Source: Asterionella formosa | Taxonomy: Eukaryota | Length of the DNA: 62,668 bases | Direction: 5' to 3' | NCBI GenBank assembly: GCA_002256025.1 | Contig: NKIB01013201.1 | Coordinates: forward strand, 1-62,668 | Part shown: positions 1 through 9,042 of the stretch, piece by piece | How the letters are laid out: every line of letters begins with the position of its first letter | How positions within the stretch are numbered: the first letter of the stretch is position 1 | Program-made: the position numbers and the translations under genes | Notes under the pieces: generated by a model | Database searches by the model: none | What the model was told of the DNA's origin: nothing | What the model saw: only the letters and a program-made list of their open reading frames with translations

Positions 1-504
1 CTCGCCAGATCCTACATCCTGACGATATATAGCGTTGACCTATACCCCTACTTTGATAAATGACTGTATTTAAGCATGTGGAAAGGGTGTGTATTGGTGA
101 AAGCTCCGTTTAGCGATATACATTTACCTTTTACTCGTAAGAAGTCTATGTTTGACTACTCTGACTTAATATTATTTTTTTAACCCTACCTCGAGCTAGG
201 GGTTCAAATGCAGGAACCTTAACTTACCGGTAACCGGCACTCGGAGGAGTACCTTGCAGGTACGGTAATACTGGTTCAAAGGAGCGATAAATAACAAGAT
301 CAAAAGGATCGCAGTGAACTTTTCTACGACATTCCGGTACATGTATTGTAAACACTGCACAATACTACCGGTATGTACCGGTATATGACTAGTTTTGATT
401 CTTACTTCTATTGTCTCATTTTTATTTTAACTAAAATAATAACGACATATCGTTTTGCTTCCGTGCATTCGTACATACTACATACAACTATTTCATTTCC
501 CATC

Positions 505-1505
505 ATGTCCACGACTGCTCCTCCCCCTCTTCCTCAACTTACCATTACGTACTTTGAGTTTGGTGGGAGAGTTGAACCCAGTCGCCTCACGTGCGTGATT
601 GGCGGCATTCCTTTTACCAACGAGGTCGTGCCGATAGCAGAGTTTGCCGAACGCAAGAAGGATCTTCCCATGCATCAGCTTCCGTTGCTCTATGTCGATC
701 AAGAAGAGACGGATCGTGCCATTGTTGGTCAATCCGATGCCATTCTACGCTATGTGGGGAAATTGGCCGGTGAGTGCAGTGTGTATGTTTGTGTGCGTTG
801 GTCGTTGTCCGACCTTGAAAGCTCACCATGGAATCGTTGGTTGATGTCAATGTTCATCCAATTCATTCATTTATGCAGGTCTATATCCCACTGATCCAGT
901 AGAAGCCATGAAGGTCGATCACTGGATGGATGTTATGGGCGACTGGACCAAGTATGTCATGCTAACTTATGGCGGTGCCAAGAGCAATTTCATCTCGGAA
1001 ACAGAGTGGACTGAGGAGGAACTCATGGCAGTGGGCAAACGTGCCATTGAGAATGCCTTTCCCAAGGTGAGCATGATAACGAATAAAACAGGAAATGGGA
1101 TAATTTCGAAAACTCTTTACTAACGCATTCGATCTTTGTTTTTGGCAGTTTCTTGGTGCAATTGAACTTGAGATTGAACGCAATGGTGGCACCTATATTA
1201 TGGGTGACGAACCCACGATTGCCGACATGAAACTGATGCACTGGATTCCTTGGATTCAGAGTGGAGGATTGCCTGCCTTTCCTCCATCTTGCTTGGACGC
1301 GTACCCACGTGTGCTGGCCCTTGTGGACAGCATTGAAGCTTTCCCTGAGGTTCAGGCGTACCGTGCCAAGCATCCAATCCCATATAATGACTTTGATTAC
1401 ATTCCCGAAAGTACGAAATATGATGCTGCTGACGACGATGATGATATTCCCCGGGGACTGGAGTCAAAGCAAAAGCAGGCAAAGAGCACAAGAGAGTTGG
1501 TCTGA
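505..1505 (+). CDS. Glutathione S-transferase (sigma-like); 3 exons 505-769, 879-1066, 1149-1505
   Basis: N-domain motifs 'LTITYFEFGGRVEPSRL', 'PMHQLPLL', 'QSDAILRYVGKLAG' and C-domain 'GDEPTIADMKL'. GT-AG introns 770-878 and 1067-1148 restore one frame (LAG|LYPTDP; FPK|FLGAIE). Confidence 0.88.
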
Positions 1506-1717
1506 TGAAGTAGCGAATGTCTGAGATCTATTGCACAACCAAGCATCCCTCTCAGCAACCGTAGTATAATAGCAGTATAAACAATACATCAAAAAAGATA
1601 GGTTTGATATGCTATTTTGTATACGGAAAGGTACACCAAACAAGGCACATTGTATGCTAAATATAGACACTACATATTATGCATTCGTTCTTTCGAAATA
1701 TTTTGGATGGGAGACAG

Positions 1718-3351
1718 TTAGACTGCTCCGTGAGTCATCATAACGTTGGCAACTCTCAAAAAGGCCATAATGTTTGCACCTGCCAAGAGATCGCCACGCA
1801 CATTGAATTCCTGTGCCTGCACCTTGACTTGCTTGTAGATCCGGGCGACTTCTGCTGCCAACTGTTCATCGGACGCGTTGGCCCCCAAGGCATGAGCAAT
1901 GGCAGGACCTGTCAAGGTCAAGGTAGCAGGACCGTACATCAATCCACGCTTGCGAAGGATTGTGCGTGCATCACAACTGACACTGGAATGCCCACCTTCA
2001 ACAACACCCATACATCCATTGTCGGCCAACTTGTTAGCAGCAGCTTCATCGATTTCATACATTCGACCACAAGGGAAGCAAAGGTCGCAGGGAATTTCCA
2101 AAATATCTTTTGGGTCATTAAATTGAGCACTGGTCGATGAAATGATGTATCGTCCGAGCAAGGCACCACGCTCATTTTTAATCATTGAAATGGTTTTTAG
2201 CTGCCCTGAGTTGATACCGTCGGGTTCGTAGACATGGCCGCTGCCGTCCGAGAAAGTCAACGGAATGGCTCCATATTCCTGCAATTTCTCCGCCACTGAC
2301 ATGGCTACCTTGCCCGAACCCATGATAAGGCAACGTTTACCCTTTAAGGTCTCATTGCGATCCTTGAGCATTTCTTTGGCGAATTCCACGACCCCGAACC
2401 CAGGTGCCTGTGTGCAATAAAAGATAAATGATATGTGAGGAGTGAATGAGCATGTATGATGTGAACCGGAGCTTCCACCCGTACTATGTGTTGTAACATG
2501 TGTGGCGTGCATACCTGATAAAACGTCTTTTTGCCTCCCGACAAAAAAGGGCGACCGTTGGAGGATGTCTGATTATTAATTCTCTTGAACTGTCCAAATA
2601 GGTACCCCATCTCCTTTTCCCCAACTCCCATTCCCATCCATGGGCTGTCACTGTCCGGTCCGACGTACTTGGCCAGTTCCGTCATGAATGACTGGCAGAA
2701 TCGCTGCAGCTCCGCGTCCGACTTGTCGCATGGGTTAAAGTCCGACCCTCCCACCGCCGCTCCAACGTCGAATCCAGTGACAGCGTTCGAGAAGACCGCA
2801 TCAAAGCCCAGTGCCTTGAGGACGCTGGTGTTGACGTGCGATCCGAAGTGCAAGGCGCCCTCGTAGGGTCCGATGCTGGAAGAGTACTGAATCCTCCATC
2901 CTCTGTTCATTCTGACGACGCCCACATCGTCAATCCACGCCACTCTGAACTGGATGAGCCTCTCTGGCTCCATGAGCTGCTTGGCCACAAAGGCGTACCT
3001 CGGGTTCCGCTCAAAGATGGGCGACAAGCAGTTCATGGTGCTCTTGAGCGTGGAAATGAATTCCGCCTCGTGTGAGTCTCTTCGGTTGGCCTCTCCCACT
3101 AGCAGGTTGGCAGCCTCCATACCGGTCTTGAAGCGCACGTCCCCTTGGCGGCGAAAGAGGGGCTTGTTTCTCCAGGACTTTGATATCTTCATGGTCTGAT
3201 GCACGCCTTCTTCCCCCGTGACCAGAGACTTTTTGTGCTCCGGGACCGGGGCCGACGCAAAGGCGCGGATTGGCAGGAAGCGAGGGTGTGCAGTCACATG
3301 GACTGACGCCGAGAGGGAGGAATAGGAGCGGCTGAGTTTGGAGAGCAGCAT
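1718..3351 (-). CDS. NADP-glutamate dehydrogenase-like protein, probably mitochondrial, catalytic residues substituted; intron 2408-2514
   Basis: 'EPERLIQFRVAWIDD', 'GGSDFNP', 'RFCQSFMTEL', 'GSGKVA', 'GANIMAFLRVANVMMTHGAV' match the GdhA family. The N-terminus is rich in Ser/Arg/Leu and lacks acidic residues, like a mitochondrial presequence. The GT-AG intron joins ORFs 2344..3351 and 1718..2512 (FYQ|APGFG). Confidence 0.88.
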
Positions 3352-3660
3352 GGCGACAACGATGGAACAAGCTCAGTGACGTGACAACAGATCAAATGGT
3401 AATTGATTACCGGTAATTAATACGGTCAGGCCAGGCTAATTAATAAAGAAAATATAAGATTTATTTAATTCTTGATGAATAGTATTTCCGGTACTTCAAA
3501 CGATTTTTGACTACAGGAAAAGGTGTGTGCACAATCTGTGACGAAGAACATGATATGGCAACAAGAAGCCCGGATCAAGGCGACGACAGAACATCTTCAC
3601 TGTAGCTGGCGCTGATAATTTATTCCGACCGTTTACTTTATATGTATGTTTCGCAATTCC

Positions 3661-4330
3661 CTGGTACCAGTACCAGCTACCTACCAGTAGGTACCAGGTA
3701 CTCGGAGTAATTACTTACCACTTCTATACAGTACTGTACGTAAAAAGTTGTATCGATCTATGTTGACACTATGTATCATTCAGAAACAGCAGGAATGGAA
3801 ACGTACGTACCGGTAGATTATTCCTCCTATGTACCTGTACTCCATACTCTACTGTACTACATGTACCGGTAGCAGCGGTGTGTACTACATCCGGCACCCT
3901 GGACATCAAAACGATATGGCCTCCTCAGCAAGACAGCACACTTCGGGGCGTGAGGATACTCACTCTATGGTGAGTGCGAGCAAGGTACCTTGGTACCAGT
4001 ACCAGGTAACCAGGTACCGGTACTCCGCACCAGTTACCACCGCAGGACTGTACGTAGCGAGCCTTCTCGACGAAATGCCCCCTTTACCTGGTAACTAGTA
4101 CCAGGTACCTGGTACCGTATTGTTGCTTATCACTGTGATTATTTGCCTGGGATTACCATATTACCTGGTATCTGTTACCGGTTGGTACCAGGTACCCCTG
4201 GTAACAGGTAACGATATGATCGTTGCTGATGTCGTAGTACGAGATACCCAACCGGTACCCTGGAACCAGGTACCAGTACCAGGTACTAGCAAACCTCATG
4301 TGCGTCTGACACTTACCGGCACCGGCCTAC
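3661..4330. repeat. Cluster of (TACCAGG)n / GGTACC / ACCGGT palindromic micro-arrays in the GDH-TPT divergent region
   Basis: e.g. 'ggtaccagtaccaggtaaccaggtaccggtac' near 3992 and 'gtaccaggtacctggtacc' near 4098. Confidence 0.85.
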
Positions 4331-4561
4331 TACGTACCTCACTGTGGCATCGCTTGACATAATTTGAAAACAGTGGTCGTTGCATTCCTCTGCTGCCATC
4401 ACGACAGCACAGCCAGCTCCAAGCAAGTCGCCTTGCTTTGCATACATAGGCATTGTCTAAAGCTATCGTAGTGGTAGCTCTCACAATAGCTACTCTTCCG
4501 CTAACCTCGTCCTGCTGTCAGTCTCTCTCCCTCTCTTCTATCTCCTAACTGTTTGCGTAAG

Positions 4562-5966
4562 ATGAAAGCAACAACTACCGGTAAACGACCCATACGCCTT
4601 CCGGTACGCCTAGTGCTCGGCTTGGTTGTCACCTTGGCAATAGCTTCATCATTGCCACACGCAGATGGCGCCAAATCGGTGACAACGCTGTCATTGAACA
4701 GGCCAAAGATCCGGACAACCAAGCCAGCATTCACGCAGCCGCATCACGTCATGTCGTCCCTGGCTCGAGGAGGAGACGATACAAAGTCTTGGGTGTCTAG
4801 CGTGATGAAACGACTGGAAATTGGCTTCTACTTTGCGCTCTGGTACGCCTTGAACATTGTTTACAACAGTAAGTTACATTTGGATTGTGCATGAATCGAC
4901 ATCGTCAGGGACCACATGTTGTCTTGCCAGCAAACAGACTGTTTCTCACAGCAATGGTTCATTAGTCCTCAACAAGAAAGTGTTGAACGTCCTGCCGGCA
5001 CCTCTCACAATTGGGACCCTGCAGTTTGGCGTCGGCGCCGTCTACGTTATATTCCTATGGATCTTGGGATTCAGGCGCAGGCCAACCTTGACTTCCGACG
5101 GCGTTCAGGCAGTTAACAACATTGCCGTGGCTCACGCCTTTGGACAGTTGACATCCATGATTTCACTTGGGGCTGGGCCCGTCTCCTTTACACATATTGT
5201 CAAGGCACTGGAACCAGTCTTTTCGGCTGTGGTAAGTGGGATTGCACTCGGAGAGTGGATGCCAATTCAAGTGTACATGACATTGATTCCTGTCATTGGA
5301 GGAGTGGGATATGCGTGTTTAAAGGAACGATACTTTTCATGGACGGCCTTTTACGCCGCCATGTTGTCCAATTTAGCGTTTGCCATGCGTGCAGTATCAA
5401 GTAAGGCTGCCATGTCACGCGACATTGGAACGAACATGTCCAGTACCAACTTGTTTGGGTTGGTCACTTGTATGGCATTCCTCATTTCTATTCCTGTGGC
5501 GTTGGTTGGAGAAGGATGGGGAGCCTTTCTTACTGTGTGGAACACTGCGATACTCAAAATACCACCCATGGAATTGATGCAGCGTGTGGCAATTTCGGGA
5601 CTCTTTCATTACTTGAACAATGAAGTCATGTATTTGGCATTGTCGAATGTACACCCTGTCACGCTGGCAGTGGGAAATACCATGAAGCGAGTCTTCATTA
5701 TGGTTACCAGTGTGCTGGTTTTCCGCAATCCAGTTTCGAAGCAAGCCGGGATTGGTTCTGCCGTTGGTATTGGAGGAGTCTTGCTTTACTCCATCGTCAA
5801 GGCAATGTCGGAAAAGAAACCAGTTGTTGTTGTGGAACCTTCCAAAAATTTTAAATTTTCATTGCCCAACAGGAAGGAGCCTGCTAAAACAGCAGCAACA
5901 ACTATTAATAAGATTGCAGCAGCTAAGAAGAGTACGTCGTCGTCGACTCCAAACAAGAGGCGTTGA
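4562..5966 (+). CDS. TPT: Triose-phosphate/phosphate translocator family protein with N-terminal presequence; intron 4869-4965
   Basis: 'YFALWYALNIVYN|ILNKKVLN', 'VSFTHIVKALEPVFSA', 'HYLNNEVMY', 'PVTLAVGNTMKRVFI' are plastid phosphate-translocator motifs. There is an N-terminal hydrophobic signal. Confidence 0.9.
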
Positions 5967-6116
5967 AAGAAAAAGGTTGAAAGAAGCTATCTGTTGGCTA
6001 GTAAGTAATTGAGTATTTAGTATTGTGTCTATTTTCATTTGGAGTTTTGCTCTATCCTTTTAGAAGTACTATAATTGGAATTTTACTCCTCCCATGTAGC
6101 GAGCAGTGAAGGACTA

Positions 6117-8561
6117 CTATTGGACTGTAGCATCAGTTGGTCGGTTCTGCGGAAATAGTTTAGTACTGGGCAAGAGCCGAATAAATAATTCTTTTCCGTC
6201 CTCATTCTGAAGACGCTCTTCTGACCCAGCTACCAACAACGGAATCCATTCCCGTTGACCAATAATGGCTGGACCAAGCTGCCCTAATATCCGACGCTTG
6301 GCCAAGATGTATGCTAAGCTAAAATCATTCAGATCAGAATGGCCCCAAAATATTTGCTCATCATACCATTCACAACGAAGTAGTCGACCTCCTTCTTCGC
6401 GGAGATTGTGCATCAGTAGCGTTGAGTGGACCCACAGATATGGAAAGGTCGGAGAACTGAAGGAATCTATTTCTTCCTGAGTCCGACGTTCATTGACTTG
6501 AACAAAATGTGCGACCTGGTCGTAAAACTGAATCTGGCGCGAGAATCGAGGAGATAGTTGGAAAGAATCTCGTTTCGAAATAAAATTGAGGTATTTTGTC
6601 ATCTGATTCACTTCTGGAAAGGGAAATTGTTGCTGCTGCCCAAACAAAATGACTGTTCGCGCAGCCTGTGGTGGTGTCCATCGGAAGTTGTAAAGGGTGG
6701 TTCCACTTCGAAATTCCTTTTTCTTTTTTGCTTTTCTTGAAGGAGCATCAAGCACTCGAATAAGTTCTAGAAGAGAATCCATGGTCGGGACGGTAACTCG
6801 GTCAACGTCAACAAAAAAGGCACGAGAAACAGTATTGGAAAACAGTTTTCCTGGAGATAGTTTGGGTAACGCTAAAACAGCATCTGACAGCTGTGAAGTC
6901 TCGTTCGACGTCCAAACCAAGGACCAGCCGTTGGATTTCACCAGTCCATTGGCACCGTCCTTTCTAACTTCTTTGACCAACGGACTCGCACCGGAAACGA
7001 ACGCAATTTGGCACGTGGTCGAGTCTGAGCCTTCAGCAGGCACGGTGACTGGGAGTCCTTCAACACCGTCCCACAGATTCACCATGTAAAGAGCGTATTT
7101 GCACCCATGAGTAATTGCTTTAGAAATCGTTGCTACATCGTCCATGGCCGATTTTTGACAGTCCGAGGGCAAGGAACATTCCGACGCACACGGGAAAGGT
7201 TGGCGCTGTAAGGGTTCAAAGTGAGGCTCGTTCGATGGAGATATTCTGCCGTACGGATAGGCACGATTGTAGTGCCAGGCAAGCAATTTTTTCGCCCCTT
7301 CCAAGTTTGATGTTACCGGATCCCAGCCAAGCCAGTCTTCGATATACATGTTAGGCCGACGTACTCTCATCGTCACGGGATATTCAAGTGACATTACGGC
7401 ACGTTCAATATCGGCCTTAGTCGTATGAGATCCCAGCTGAAAACTAACTGCTCCTCGTCGAAATTGCATAGACACCAAGACAGCATTGACGGCATCATCT
7501 ACAAACAACAAGGGTTCATCGTCTGGAGGAATGACCACGTCACTCGGTATTGTAATATTACGCATGATGAGCTCTCCCAACGAGAAAGTCCATGAATTTC
7601 CCCGTCCCCATGGACCATATACTTGTGGAATTTGAAGGCCAGTCGATGCAAGTCCAAACAAACCGTGATATGTACGGGCTATTAGGTGATCGAGTTCCAT
7701 CTGTGCCGACGGTATATAGACAATATTTGGCATCACAGTTAGTTTCTTGGCTATCCCAAAGATCTGATCCATAGACATCATGCTGTTTCGTAAATAATAT
7801 AGCGGATTCGTACTAGAATCGTCTAAATTGTACAAGTGCACCATGTGCGTGGGTCCAAAGCTTTCCAGGCGTTCGTGTAAAGGTGCCTTTGGTAAAATTC
7901 CAGAATGCGGCAAAAATAGCCGTAATTTTGGAATCAACCGCATCAATATTGCATATCTTTCCATTTGCTCCATTCTGTAACCTCTTGTATTGGGCATGAG
8001 ATCGTCTATGCCAATAATTTGATGAACTCCACACTGCTCTACCAATCGCATGGCCAATCGCACGCCTATTGGCGAGAAGAGCCCCGATATCACTACACGG
8101 GATGCTTGATTCAGAGCATCACTACTTGGAAACGATCCAGGATGCCGTTGCGAGGCGCTCTGGGCATGAGAACCACACAAATCCATATGTCGACCTTGCG
8201 ATGTAGTCCAATCTTGGTCTGCTTCCAGCGACATTCTCGATAGAATTTCGTATGACTGCAAATCAGAATCACGAACGACCGGTCGCTGTTGACGACGTCT
8301 CGCTCGGCGCTCCCAATTTTTCATAAGTAGAGAGTTCACGGGGACGTTGCAGCTATCAACACAGATCTCCTTCAACGCATTGGTTGTTTTCCAAAGAACT
8401 CGAAGCGTCGAGGCTGTGGTACATAAAATTGCTGATACTAGCATGACCAAGAGTCGACGTCCCACCATGTTTTGCTTTAGTTTGCTTTGAACCATCACAC
8501 GTCGTTGATGATTCAACGGCGGAGACAACTGCTGCACTGTTGGTGACGAAAGTGCTCGCAT
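6117..8561 (-). CDS. Membrane-anchored fusion: degenerate NAD-dependent epimerase (SDR) domain + DUF616/TOD1/MUCI70-like glycosyltransferase-like domain
   Basis: Intact 814-aa ORF with an N-terminal hydrophobic anchor. SDR remnants: 'VVISGLFSPIG', 'VYGPWG', 'LFVDDAVNA'. DUF616-like: 'LPKLSPGKLF..RAFFVDVD' and 'RLLRCEWYDEQ...DFSLAYIL'. Shares motifs with the 9043..12006 protein. Confidence 0.7.
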   Translation of the reverse strand: MRALSSPTVQQLSPPLNHQRRVMVQSKLKQNMVGRRLLVMLVSAILCTTASTLRVLWKTTNALKEICVDSCNVPVNSLLMKNWERRARRRQQRPVVRDSDLQSYEILSRMSLEADQDWTTSQGRHMDLCGSHAQSASQRHPGSFPSSDALNQASRVVISGLFSPIGVRLAMRLVEQCGVHQIIGIDDLMPNTRGYRMEQMERYAILMRLIPKLRLFLPHSGILPKAPLHERLESFGPTHMVHLYNLDDSSTNPLYYLRNSMMSMDQIFGIAKKLTVMPNIVYIPSAQMELDHLIARTYHGLFGLASTGLQIPQVYGPWGRGNSWTFSLGELIMRNITIPSDVVIPPDDEPLLFVDDAVNAVLVSMQFRRGAVSFQLGSHTTKADIERAVMSLEYPVTMRVRRPNMYIEDWLGWDPVTSNLEGAKKLLAWHYNRAYPYGRISPSNEPHFEPLQRQPFPCASECSLPSDCQKSAMDDVATISKAITHGCKYALYMVNLWDGVEGLPVTVPAEGSDSTTCQIAFVSGASPLVKEVRKDGANGLVKSNGWSLVWTSNETSQLSDAVLALPKLSPGKLFSNTVSRAFFVDVDRVTVPTMDSLLELIRVLDAPSRKAKKKKEFRSGTTLYNFRWTPPQAARTVILFGQQQQFPFPEVNQMTKYLNFISKRDSFQLSPRFSRQIQFYDQVAHFVQVNERRTQEEIDSFSSPTFPYLWVHSTLLMHNLREEGGRLLRCEWYDEQIFWGHSDLNDFSLAYILAKRRILGQLGPAIIGQREWIPLLVAGSEERLQNEDGKELFIRLLPSTKLFPQNRPTDATVQ

Positions 8562-9042
8562 GGTGGTCGGCAGAATAGAACGGTAATAGAATCATGTCAT
8601 GTTTTATAAAAAGTTCCCTCTGGAAGAATGGAAGGGATCATAACAATCATTTTCTATCGTCACCTTCCATGGTTTCTCTTGCAGCATTCTGCAATTTGAA
8701 TTTCCTACTCGGTATCTACAGATTTGTATACATGAATTTACGGAATCTTATCAATTAATTAATTAAGAATCATGCTGGCGCAGGGTACGTTGAGGAGTAG
8801 CTTGTATGTATTTCTTTCAGCATTCCTATCTATTTTCCACCTTTCACGGTACCAGGTAACACCTGCCTATAACCTGTAGCTATTGTATTATTTTGCCAGG
8901 ACGAAACCCTCACACTCACCTTTTGTTGTGCAATTGTCATCCTTCTAGAATCAATTGCTTATAAAGACGATTGCTCAAAAGGAACTTTTCTTTGAAATTG
9001 AGAAGACGAAGCAAGAAAGAATCCAGGTCAATTCCGTCGAAA

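Noticed and set aside
182..204. Hairpin aaccctacctcgagctaggggtt as a Helitron 3' end
   Set aside because: No downstream CTRR terminus at the expected spacing and no second copy in the window.
3661..4330. GGTACC/TACCAGG arrays as a CRISPR array or telomeric repeat
   Set aside because: Units are 7 bp, irregular and orientation-flipping, with no constant-length spacers and no cas genes. They are not a TTAGGG-type tract and the context is eukaryotic intergenic DNA.
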